64,000 bases of DNA. It comes from Chara braunii (taxonomy: Eukaryota > Plantae > Charophyceae). Shown piece after piece: positions 53,301 to 63,949 of this stretch. The stretch spans positions 41,270 through 105,269 of the forward strand of contig BFEA01000038.1 in the NCBI GenBank assembly GCA_003427395.1, written 5' to 3'. Below the pieces are notes generated by a model. The model saw only the letters and a program-made list of their open reading frames with translations, was not told the DNA's origin and did not search any database. Numbering within the stretch: the stretch's first letter is position 1; every line of letters begins with the position of its first letter. Both the position numbers and the translations under genes were made by a program.

Positions 53301-54584
53301 GTTGCTTTTGCCGGGNGTATGGCAAATGCTGAAGGTGAACTGGGCGAGAAAGTCTAACCAGCGAGCTTGTCGTGGGGTAATGTCTTTCTTTGTTAGGATA
53401 GAAGAGACGATGGTGTTATCCGTGCAGATGGTGAAGTATTGCCCNTCGAGGTACGGGCGCCAGACTTTGAGGGCGTGGATCACGACGAGCTCCTTCTCGT
53501 TGGAGGGGTAATTCATTTCTGCGGGAAGGAGCTTCTTGTTGGCGAAGGCAATGGGGTATTCGCCCGATGAGACCTCGGGATGGGTAGGGGATTCCTTGAT
53601 GGAGGGAGTTTCGGAGGTGTCACGAGGGAAATGTTGGGACAGGACGGCTCCAATGGTGAAGTCGGAGACGTCAGTGGTGACGTAGAAATGGCGAGTGTGG
53701 TCGGCGATCTTGAGGACAGGGGTGGTGGTGATGAGTTGTTTGATGGCATCGAAGGCATTTTGGCGGCGGTCGTTCCAACTGAAGGGTTCGTCCTTGCGGG
53801 TGAGTTCGTGGAGAGGGTACGAGATGTCGGAGAAGTTGCAGATAAAGGGGCGGTAGTAGTTGGCAAGGCCGAGAAATGATCGGAGTTGGAGTAGGGTCTT
53901 GGGAGGTGGATACACTCGACGAGGGCGGTGACCTTTGATGGGTCCATGCGGATACCTTCAATGGAGACAATGTGGCGAAGGTATTCAACATGACGACGTG
54001 CGACTTGGTGGCACCGGAGCAGGGCGGGAGGGAGGGTCGTTTCGCCGCTCCGATACCAGTGTGATGAGACCAAGGCAGAGCAGAGAGAGCGAGGGAGAGA
54101 GAGAGAGAGGGAGAGAGTGANAGCGCACACACACACTCAATCGACTCGGACACGGACTCGACTCGACACGACGGACGCAGACACGAAGTGACAAAGTCTC
54201 AAAGTCGCAGAGTCGCAATCTTGGATTCTGAACACAAAGTCGCTGCAAGTCACACTGAAGCACAAGCACTNAGGCCGAAGACCGAATGCCGCAACGGGGC
54301 TTGAGTCCGGACTTAAGTACCGGACTCAGGCNCAGTCCGGAGGGCCGAGGTGCGGCCTGCCTCAGGACTGAACTGAGGATCGCAGGTCTCCGTCTGGGCG
54401 CCAAAATTCCGGATGGCGCCAAATATCGAAATCCGAAAGTGCCAGTGGAGGGGTTCGAGAACGGGCGCCAACTCCAGAGGGCGCCAGCAGTCAAGAACCG
54501 GAGATCAGGAACTACTAATAAAATAGCAGCCTGGCGGGTGGTAACCCGCGGACCAGGGATCGAACCCTGGCTGAGTCCGTAACA
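50346..54584 (-). mobile_element. Internally deleted chromovirus nested in the host 3' LTR, with a 5-bp TSD (GATAC)
   Basis: LTRs at 54060-54584 and 50346-50858, PBS at 54047-54058, PPT at 50861-50873. GATAC at 50341-50345 and 54585-54589. Confidence 0.93.
51736..54000 (-). pseudogene. Partial pol: RT C-terminus, RNase H, integrase, chromodomain
   Basis: HVEYLRHIVS..MDPSKV, LRSFLGLANYYR, TTDVSDF, HLGFQKT..CSMCQ, ISMDFV, HPQTD, WLGPF, VHPVFHV, FVVEAIIGRR..YKVKWTGYPDEGSTWEP. Confidence 0.92.
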
Positions 54585-54773
54585 GATACAGTTGATCAGG
54601 TGGGAATCTTTGTCTGGCGCACTGCGCCATAGCCATCAAAGACAAGTTTGAATCTGAGCTGTGTTCTTGGCCACATTTATCTCTGAGCTTTGTGTGGGCG
54701 TTATGTGCTGAGTTCNATCGTCATCTGTTTGCAAGCATGCTGAGGAGGAAGAAGACAAGTCTGATTGCAGGTC

Positions 54774-54910
54774 ACTCGTCTTCGGAAGCAGTGACTTAAT
54801 CCAGAATGCGGGNCGAGAACTGTCATGGCTAACCATGATGATGGACACTGCTGCAGCAAGTGCGGTCTCACGCACGTGTACCACAAGGCCTCTCAGGAGT
54901 CAGGACTGAG
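54774..54910 (+). pseudogene. RPS27A: Ubiquitin-RPS27a pseudogene, 3' part (zinc-finger region)
   Basis: TRLRKQ*LNPECG.RTVMANHDDGHCCSKCGLTHVY continues ..DDKGKV from 41375 and matches the S27a C-terminus RLRKECP..CG....MA.H.DR..CGKC.LTY. Confidence 0.9.
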
Positions 54911-54969
54911 GCCAGCAAGCGCATCTTTCGTGGTCTTTGCAAGGAGAAAAATAGAGTTAAGGGAGGCAG

Positions 54970-55057
54970 GGCCCTAGCTCAGCTGGTACACCCTTGAACT
55001 GTTCAAACCCAGACCCAAGTTCGAATCCAGTTGAAATACATAAAAAACAAAAATGGG
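54970..55057 (+). mobile_element. tRNA-derived SINE-like element
   Basis: A box TAGCTCAGCTGG, B box GTTCGAATCC, A-rich tail. Flanked by the direct repeat GTTAAGGGAGGCAGGGCC at 54956-54973 and 55058-55075. Confidence 0.7.
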
Positions 55058-55990
55058 GTTAAGGGAGGCAGGGCCAACTGCCTACGATTCGTACGATTGA
55101 GTTGAATTGGGCTCGGAGACGGACTTCTGGGTTGTTCACTATGAGCAGCAGCTTACATGCTTTTCTTCTTTCTTTTTTTTCCTTTTTATCTTTCGGAGAA
55201 AGATCTGAGCTGAAACTACTATGGGGAGTGATATGAGCATTCCCCCCCATAGCAACCAGCTCGGGCGCTCCAATCTATGAGCGGGGGGGNNNNNNNNNNN
55301 NNNNNNNNNNNNNNNNNNNNNNNNNNNNNNNNNNNNNNNNNNNNNNNNNNNNNNNNNNNNNNNNNNNNNNNNNNNNNNNNNNNNNNNNNNNNNNNNNNNN
55401 NNNNNNNNNNNNNNNNNNNNNNNNNNNNNNNNNNNNNNNNNNNNNNNNNNNNNNNNNNNNNNNNNNNNNNNNNNNNNNNNNNNNNNNNNNNNNNNNNNNN
55501 NNNNNNNNNNNNNNNNNNNNNNNNNNNNNNNNNNNNNNNNNNNNNNNNNNNNNNNNNNNNNNNNNNNNNNNNNNNNNNNNNNNNNNNNNNNNNNNNNNNN
55601 NNNNNNNNNNNNNNNNNNNNNNNNNNNNNNNNNNNNNNNNNNNNNNNNNNNNNNNNNNNNNNNNNNNNNNNNNNNNNNNNNNNNNNNNNNNNNNNNNNNN
55701 NNNNNNNNNNNNNNNNNNNNNNNNNNNNNNNNNNNNNNNNNNNNNNNNNNNNNNNNNNNNNNNNNNNNNNNNNNNNNNNNNNNNNNNNNNNNNNNNNNNN
55801 NNNNNNNNNNNNNNNNNNNNNNNNNNNNNNNNNNNNNNNNNNNNNNNNNNNNNNNNNNNNNNNNNNNNNNNNNNNNNNNNNNNNNNNNNNNNNNNNNNNN
55901 NNNNNNNNNNNNNNNNNNNGATCAGATATTATAAACTGATCAGAACAGATACTGTAGACAAGAAAAATGAGCAGTGTAGCGGCTACCAAC

Positions 55991-56085
55991 GGGCCTAGCT
56001 CAGTTGGTACACACTTGAACTGTTGAAATATGAATCAGACCCAAGTTTGAGTCCAGATGCAATCAGACGAACAGAAAAAAATAAT
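55991..56085 (+). mobile_element. SINE-like copy 2
   Basis: GGGCCTAGCTCAGTTGGTACAC.CTTGAACTGTT..CAGACCCAAGTTTGAGTCCAG. Confidence 0.65.
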
Positions 56086-56341
56086 TCTCAGGATAAAATG
56101 ACCGTAGAATGCGCGTGCATTGTATTCGGGTGAAGAAGTTCAAGAAGGTACTTATCACATCATAAACGGCTCAATAACAGGTGATGTAAGAAACATCGAA
56201 GTCAGCCAAAAGAGCTTTGTGCTCGCCACTCTCTGTCCGACGAGGAACATTGAGGATAGTTTTCAGTCTTTTCCATTGTCCGTTTTTTAAAGCCTTTTTG
56301 TAGGGCAATAATTCCATCACGCAACAAGCTCCAAGAAAGAA

Positions 56342-56509
56342 TTAAACCACCAGTACCTTTCCCAGCCATGTTTTCAGAGGCGCGCCGGGTAACGCGCTGG
56401 CCTGAAACAGAAGGGCGGCCGCTGATAAATCGAATCGGCAGCCAGTCTTCACTATCGGGCCGGGGCGCAATGCCCCCGGCCGACATATGGGAAAGTACTG
56501 GTGGTTTAA
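56342..56509. mobile_element. TTAA-flanked MITE
   Basis: TTAA-ACCACCAGTAC ... GTACTGGTGGT-TTAA. Confidence 0.75.
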
Positions 56510-57293
56510 CTGGCAATGAGCTCTTACAAATACAGGGTGTTAGGGCCCTTTGGGTTGCGCTTACGAAATGGATGGTCACAATTTCAATTTTCAAATCAAT
56601 TTCTGTCAAATTATAAGAAAAGCCAACTATTGGCTATTTCCAAAATAGACGCCGAGCGGTTCCTTTTCAAACTGAAAGTAGAAATGGAACTCAAGAGTCG
56701 TATGTATTAAGACACTCACGAAAATACAAACGAACCCCGAGATGGATGAAGAATGGCAGATTGCGCTTCAAAGTTCAAAGCAATTTCTTAGCCGAAGGTA
56801 AGGTCTCTGCCATTGAAAACAGAAAAACAGTATTCTTAAACCACCACTACGCTTCCCAACCATTTTTCACCGATACAGCTGCATGCGCACTGCAGCTTTA
56901 AGGGGTCAGCTTCCATTAAAGGCAAAATATTCTTAAGCCACCAGTCCGTTTCCCAGTCATTTTTTCCCGACGCGGCTGCATGCGCACTGCAGCTTTCAGG
57001 GGTCACACAATCCTATTTTATTGACAGGAACTGCCCAAGGAAATAAACAAGTAACTTCTAAATATTGGGTAAAAAGTTCCACTGCAACGGTCGCCCGTTC
57101 ACCCGTCCAGTCTACTAAAGTGCCCACCAAACCATGCAAGATGTCGTACGTCACACGGTTTTCCAACTTGAGTAATGAATAACCTCATGCATGATGGATG
57201 ACTCCAATCAGGGGCTGCCGGAGCAAAACAGCTGGCGGCGCCAGCCAAAAGGAGGCCCGGAATGATTCGTTTTTCTTTGGCACCCAGGGCATT

Positions 57294-57450
57294 TTAAACC
57301 ACCAGTACTTCCTAACGTTGTGGCCGTTAACAAGCCACAATTTTAGGAAATGTATGGGCCACTACAGGAGCGCGCAAATTCGTCCGACTAGAAATGTTTC
57401 TACCGTACTTTTTTCTGCAGCCATAGCTGGGCCAAGTACTGGTGGTTTAA
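57294..57450. mobile_element. TTAA-flanked MITE, second copy
   Basis: TTAA-ACCACCAGTACTT ... AAGTACTGGTGGT-TTAA. Confidence 0.75.
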
Positions 57451-57571
57451 GCCTCGGGAAACCAAGGCTCGGAAGTACTGGTGGTTGGAGAGGGCGATGA
57501 TCTTGAGATATCATCTTCGAACTGACCAGCCCCAGGTAAATTCATGTATACTTATTACTTTTACACTCATT

Positions 57572-57630
57572 CGATTCCACTGGAATTCGAACTCAGGTCT
57601 GTGTTCATGGGTGTACCGACTCAGCTAGGC
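57572..57630 (-). mobile_element. SINE-like copy 3
   Basis: Minus strand GCCTAGCTGAGTCGGTACACCCATGAACACAGACCTGAGTTCGAATTCCAG. Confidence 0.6.
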
Positions 57631-57779
57631 TAGTTGGAAAACAAAATATTAATATGGAACAAGTGCCGGCTGCGTCAGGGTTCGAGTTTCAAAGTGAGAA
57701 AAAACTCATGCCAGCAGGTATGTTGCAGCGCGAGTTTCAAATGGGTACACTGCTCACATGTTTCCGTTTCCCTGGGCCC

Positions 57780-57927
57780 AAGTCCCACTAGCAGCGTTGA
57801 GTTTCCTCAACGCCTGGATCTGGAGGTGTTTGTGGAGGAAGCGCAGAAATGGCGTTGACAACTGCACATCTTCACAAACACGTCTAGATTCAGGCGTGGA
57901 GGGAACTCAACGCTGCTAGTGGGACTT
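57780..57927. other. Long foldback hairpin (~65-bp arms)
   Basis: AAGTCCCACTAGCAGCGTTGAGTT... pairs with ...AACTCAACGCTGCTAGTGGGACTT. Confidence 0.85.
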
Positions 57928-58182
57928 TACCCCTGTAGTCCCGCTCTTCCTCCTCAGCTAATAAATAGGCCACCAGTTAACCTTGAGCTCCTGGAGCAGC
58001 CTTTTGCAAGTTCTTGCTTACTTTAGCCTTAGCACCACACTTGCCAAAAAAAGAAAGAACAGAGGCATTCACTGCTTCCCTATGTGGAAAGGATTGACCT
58101 TTGTACACCCTACACACAGAGAGAGAGAGAGAGAGTAATGCCTCTGTTCCCTATGTGGGAAGGATTGACCTTTGTACACCCT

Positions 58183-58257
<75 letters not shown>

Positions 58258-58437
58258 NNNNNNNNNNNNNNNNNNNNNNNNNNNNNNNNNNNNNNNNNNN
58301 NNNNNNNNNNNNNNNNNNNNNNNNNNNNNNNNNNNNNNNNNNNNNNNNNNNNNNNNNNNNNNNNNNNNNNNNNNNNNNNNNNNNNNNNNNNNNNNNNNNN
58401 NNNNNNNNNNNNNNNNNNNNNNNNNNNNNNNNNNNNN

Positions 58438-58493
<56 letters not shown>

Positions 58494-59876
58494 CGAAACA
58501 GTCAACCATAGTACCATATGTGAGTGAGAGGGATATCTTGATCTTTAGCTTGTAACTAGTGTTGCTAGCTGATGACTCAATTGTTCAGCGTTACCTGTAT
58601 CCTTGACATGAGACAAGTTCATTTGTGGTCATATTGGGTTCCACATTGAAATAAAGAAAAAGATTCAGAGAGAGAGAAGGAAAGACACAGCGGGAGAGAG
58701 AGAGAGGAAGAGAGAGGAAGAGAGAGAATGAGAGAGAGTTGTGGCAGGTCTTTGAGATGTCTTATGGTATGTCTTTGCTATGTGTGTTATATGTGTATCA
58801 CATCAAACATGTCTGTCGCTTGAATCCGCCCCTCTGCTGCATATCACGCTCATTGTTATGGAAGTCTGTCGATCTACTTCTACAGGCTCCCTTGGTTACG
58901 AGGGTGGCATAAACCTACAGTCTGCAGAAGGTTAGCATTCGGTTGCATTGATATAATCCACTTCAGAGTTCTTGGTAGTAATTTAGTAAAGCTAGGTCGT
59001 CATTAACCGGACAGATTCAAGAGCCATTGGTCAGGCATCTCGCAGGGGGTTTGCCCGCGCACATGTGGCTGGGTTGCTGGGTTGCTGGGTGTGAAATTGG
59101 GCAGATGAGCTAGTGGCAGGGTGAAGTAGCTGGCTGTCTGGATATCTGGATTGCCTGCTGGGTGGCTACTGTGTTGTTCCCAGATAGGGGATGTCCAGTC
59201 GATTGGCATATTTCATGGATATTTGCATGGGCATCTTGCTGGTTGTGTATTTTGGTGGATGGATGGATGGATGGATGGCTAGGGAGTGACTGCTGCTCAC
59301 TATAGGCATCACTTGGCTGGCACTCGATGACAGCCACGAGTAAACGGGATCAAGGCAGATTATGACCCAAAGCAAGAATTGGGCACTTGCCAGACTGGCA
59401 AAGTTTCGAAGTTCTGATGAACAGCTGAGAGTCCGGTGAAACAGTCCGTCATTGGAGCCATTACCTCTTTCATTCGTTGATCTTCTGCAGTCTCACTCTA
59501 TGACTTTCTACCCCTTTGTGGAGATATTACCCCTTCCATTCTTCATGCCGATTCCATACTCCTTTTGCTCTTTTTCCTCCCTTCACGCCGACTTGGATTC
59601 ACACAACTTCACAGTCTTCCTGGAGAACGTTACTTCCACGCAGGTGATATGACATCTTTCAAGGAGAACTACCTCTTACGACATCAGAGATGTGTTTTCA
59701 CTTTGAGCCATCCGATCAAATTCTGTTATGAGGTCAGTATGAGGTGTGGATTTGGCTCAATGTGTTTTCACTTTGAGCCATCTGACCAAATCCTGTTAAG
59801 AGAACCGAGATTGTCACACGTCTCCACACACAAATACACAAACTGACCACAAACAGAGTACAAGGGGAGGTCGGCA

Positions 59877-59959
<83 letters not shown>

Positions 59960-60179
59960 GCACGGACGGATGGACGCACGCACGGATGCATGGACGGACG
60001 CACGAACACACAGACCAATCAATATATATGTTTTTTTAGAATTAGTAAGTAAAGCTATTCGAAAAAATCATATATACATTGCTCAATTTGTGAAATATCT
60101 ATCTTATGATTCTTATCTCTATTCTAATAATTTCTTCCATTTCTGACATGGACAGACAGTGTCAGACACACAAACACAC

Positions 60180-60243
<64 letters not shown>

Positions 60244-60283
60244 TTTGGGAATCTTAGTGCTATTTTCCCGATAATGTTCACAC

Positions 60284-60407
60284 CTGCCAAGCGCAATGTC
60301 AATTTCTGCACGCAGGCACAAAAGCTCACTGTCTGACGATGCTGCGCCAGGCCACAGTGCTGCAGACTCAGCCTGTTGCGCCTCTTGAAGCACTTTCTCG
60401 GCTTCAG
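60284..60407 (-). CDS. Exon of a TPR-repeat protein (TTL/DnaJC7-like)
   Basis: AG/GT bounded; EAEKVLQEAQQ..ELLCLRAEIDIALGR; splice phase matches the upstream exon. Confidence 0.7.
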
Positions 60408-60877
60408 CTGCACATAATACACGCGCAAAGAAAAAGAAGGTTGTCACGATAAACCATTCATTATTGTCACCCCGTTCTTCTTCCTTTTGACCAAGGCGAA
60501 AAAGTCCGAAAACTGAAATCCATTGAACTTATCTTGCCCCGAATGCTTGGATTCACAAATGGCCACCCAAGGAGAGATACAGGGCATCATCATGAGGACT
60601 CTTTAGGGCATCCACGGAGCTGCTGCTGACTCGCCGGTGACTTGCTGCTGTGTGGTTTTCTTTCCAGATGGTAGACATGGTCTCTTGCCTCTGGAGAGAC
60701 GCTGATAGCTCATGTCCTGGATTATGCATGGCCTATGTTTTTAAAAATGTGGTGTCCTGATTTGTCTGTGCCCTATCCTGTGTGCACAATATGTGCCTGT
60801 GGAGGTAGATGATCTAACTCTCCCGATAATATCATTTGAAAATTGAAATCCTTTACTTGTATCTATCTATCTATCTA

Positions 60878-61071
60878 TTAAGCCACCACTCCATCCGGTT
60901 CTGTTCGACAAAACAAAATTTGCATTTCCCCGAGCCTATAATCTACAGTGCGGCGGTGACGAAAAATGATTGTGGTACCCTTCCCCACCGAACCTCGCAG
61001 TGTAGATTTTGGCCTGGTACTAGAAGACAAGAAAAATGAGCAGTGCAGGTGCTGTTGGAGTGGTGGTTTGA
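60878..61071. mobile_element. Diverged member of the TTAA MITE family
   Basis: TTAAGCCACCACTCC ... GGAGTGGTGGTTTGA. Confidence 0.5.
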
Positions 61072-61552
61072 GCTCTCACATACTTGCCAGGAGATGAATC
61101 GAAGACTTTCGCTGCATAAAAAAATGTTGAGGGAGAAAACATTCCATCTTACGAGCTCAAAAGGAGCACGATTTGTTTCTACTAAACAAGAAATAAAAAA
61201 ACAGAATGAATGACGGAAAACTTCCGAAAAAGGGCAAAATACCGAAAACCATATCTGTTTCTAACATCACAGTTTAAACCACCACCACTACCTCTCGCAG
61301 GCAAACTTTTGCAATGAATTGTTGGTGTTTTCACCCACATTCTTCAGGCGCTCGGCCTCTTGGACCTATTCCGCAGGTGATGCCAGCAAAAAAGAAAAAA
61401 CGAAGAGTGTCGTGCTGGTTTGTTCTGGACTTGGTGGGCAGCAGAAACCGGCCACGGGAAGAGGAAGCTCAAGCCTCAAAGGTAGTGTTGGGTGTTGGTT
61501 TTTAAACATGTGTTTATGCTGCTCAAGTGAATGTCCAGCACTTTGCCCATAC

Positions 61553-61900
61553 CTAGACGGCGAAGTTGCAGAAGAGCTTTCACTCTGATCTTCCACACAT
61601 CCATGGTCAGATCAGCGCCCGCCTGTATCGCCATTTCTGCCTGCCTAAGTGCTTCATCCCAATCCTGGTTGGCAGTGGCTGTGCCAGCCTTTGAAATGTG
61701 TTCCTGCAGAGTGCCCACTTTTCCCGTGTCGCTTCTCTCTGCCCCAAGCTCTTCACTCTTGTGCAGGTGCCACATCGCCTCATCCAATTTGCCAAACCGG
61801 GTAAGCAATCCCCCCAGCCGTTGATGCGCTCTCGCAAAGTTGGGGTCCAACTGAATGGCCAACTCACATTCCTTAACTGCCTGCTCATCAGCACCAATAG
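61553..61900 (-). CDS. Exon of a TPR-repeat protein (TTL/DnaJC7-like); 5' end disrupted
   Basis: QAVKECELAIQLDPNFARAHQRLGGLLTRFG..DWDEALRQAEMAIQAGAD..KALLQLRRL followed by a GTATGG donor. Upstream there is an apparent frameshift and then adapter sequence, so this may be a pseudogene or an assembly error. Confidence 0.75.
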
Positions 61901-61930
61901 CCCAGCCCCACCAACCGCCATCACCTCCTC

Positions 61931-61968
61931 CTGTCTCTTATACACATCTAGATGTGTATAAGAGACAG
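61931..61968. other. Nextera mate-pair junction adapter (two Tn5 mosaic ends): assembly artefact
   Basis: Exact CTGTCTCTTATACACATCT + AGATGTGTATAAGAGACAG. Confidence 0.98.
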
Positions 61969-62668
61969 CTCCAATCTATGAGCGGGGGGGGCTGACATGC
62001 CGTTCAACAAGCATTACCGAAGTGAAAGACTGAATCTGTTTCAGGGTTTCAAGCAATCGAACNNNNNNNNNNNNNNNNNNNNNGTATGCTGGCCTCCCCC
62101 TCTCCCCCCCCCCTCTTAATCCCTCGCCCCAGACCCCAAACGAAAACCAACAGCATCCCATCAAGTCCGGCAAGATCAGCAGCAGTCTCTTTCTGTCATC
62201 AGCAGACGTTATAACCATACAGAATTGTTTTTCAATAAACATGAAGTTTGGTGGTGCAGCAGGATGCCAGCAGCTGAATTGATTTGAGTTATTTACATCT
62301 TTCTCATAGATGTGATTTACTTCTTTTCCTTGATCATCCCCACCGATCACATATCTCATCAAGAGAGTTTTCTTTTTTTTTTCCTGATCGTTGACCAGAA
62401 TGTGCTGTTAGCATCTGATTCATCTGAAAGAAAGCTTACAAAATTTGTAACTTACTAGTTATTCGGCGCGCTGCAGCCAACAGCCGCAGCAGACGGTAGT
62501 GGGCAAATATGGCTGCAACCCTTCCTGTCTCCATGTCCACGCAGGACCCGGGCACCGATGTTCCACAGGCGCTTCGCATTGCAGGCACGACGACTGCTCC
62601 TGGGTGTGAGGGCAGGGCGGACCGTAGCATGTCGAGTGGATGGCACTCTCGGTTGGCCAGTAGAGCCC

Positions 62669-62748
62669 GGGATAGCTCAGGACATACACCCATGAACACT
62701 TGAAATAGAGGGTCACAGAGTTTTGTTTGAACCCAGACGCAATCGGGT
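62669..62748 (+). mobile_element. Diverged SINE-like copy 4
   Basis: GATAGCTCAGGACATACACCCATGAACACTTGAAA...GTTTGAACCCAGACGCAATC. Confidence 0.45.
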
Positions 62749-63949
62749 GAGCAGAACAAAGCCAGACCCAAAGATATTTCCGTTTTTTTTCCCTCTATCC
62801 CTAAGATATTTCTGAATTACCTGGGGCTGCCCCTTATTTTTGGGCTGACCTACATCAGGTTTCGGGCCCGTGACCCAGTGCCCAGCAGTCAAGCGTCCTC
62901 TTCCTGTGCAAATGGCCATGCTATGTACTTGTATAGACCATGTGCAGATCAGACCCCCAAGCAGAGCCACTGTTCAGCTCTACAAATCGGAATTCAAACA
63001 TATGCAAATTGGCCATAGGTCCCCAGAGGGTCTTTGCAAAAAAGCAAGTACGCTGGGGCTGTCTTCCTGCAATTATGGCTTAGCATAGGAATCTGACTGC
63101 AATCGCGTCCAGAGGTAACGGCCTCAATTCACTACTCAGCTCAATGTGAAAATGAGAATTGTTACCATCCTGGCTAAGTTCCAAGTACAAATTCACGAGA
63201 AAGCACACACTGCGGTCCAATTGCAAAAAGAAATGATTTTTTTTGGGCCAAATACGTCGGTTTCACTTTCGTTCAAAAATACACGATGTACATTTTAAAC
63301 CGTCAGTCCACGGGCCCAGTGTTGTGGAGAAGCCTTAGCCTTTCATCACCTACGAAAATTCTGGAGGCTTCGGTTTACCGGACCACAATCGCTGGCGGCC
63401 CCAGCCAAAAAAGAACAGAAATGCGCTGTCGGTGGTTTGAAAAAGCTTGGCGCGCAGTGGAAGGCCGCCAGACGGCCCGGGTGTACCGGTGGTCTAACCA
63501 AATGGCTGTTCACTGTTCAGGGCATTCTGACGGCAATGCAAAACGAAACACAGGCATTCATTCAGTTCACCAAAGGTAAGCTTCCTAAGCTTAAGCTTAA
63601 AGCCACCACACTACATATAGTCGGAGCCTACTTTCCCACCAAACTGGCATTTTTCACCACAGGTCGTCAGTCGCCACTTCCATGTACCCTGACAAGCCAC
63701 CCATTTACAATTGGTGGGTATGTGTTGCCCCCTCATGTATTCCGGTTCATCATGGGAGGGGGGCCACTGGAAGTAGTGTTCGTTTGACATTAAGGAAATT
63801 ACCTAGGCTACCAGAGTGGCCCACGGTCACTTTCGCCCGGCCCGGCCAAAAATATACATATATATCGTCAAATAGAATATCGTCAAATAGAACTGCCCGG
63901 TAAACCGTAGGCAGAGAGGGAGAAGAGGACAACAAACGAGGGGCTGTGA

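Larger units (their letters stand above)
41376..54769 (+). mobile_element. Full-length decayed Ty3/gypsy LTR retrotransposon with a 4-bp TSD (GGTC)
   Basis: 5' LTR 41376-42326 (TG..CA), PBS TGGTATCGGAGC at 42328-42339, purine tract before the 3' LTR (49599-50345 plus 54590-54769). GGTC at 41372-41375 and 54770-54773. Confidence 0.95.

Noticed and set aside
54970-55035. tRNA gene
   Set aside because: A and B boxes are present but there is no convincing acceptor or anticodon stem; better explained as a SINE
58071-58200. Short direct duplication next to (GA)n and a gap (similar case at 34450-34655)
   Set aside because: Likely slippage or an assembly effect at microsatellite and gap edges
61084-61111. 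28-nt micro-exon in the TPR gene intron
   Set aside because: It has AG/GT borders but would break the frame that the two flanking exons already keep
61931-61968. Natural Tn5/IS50 ends or horizontal transfer
   Set aside because: It is the engineered mosaic-end pair used in Nextera mate-pair libraries
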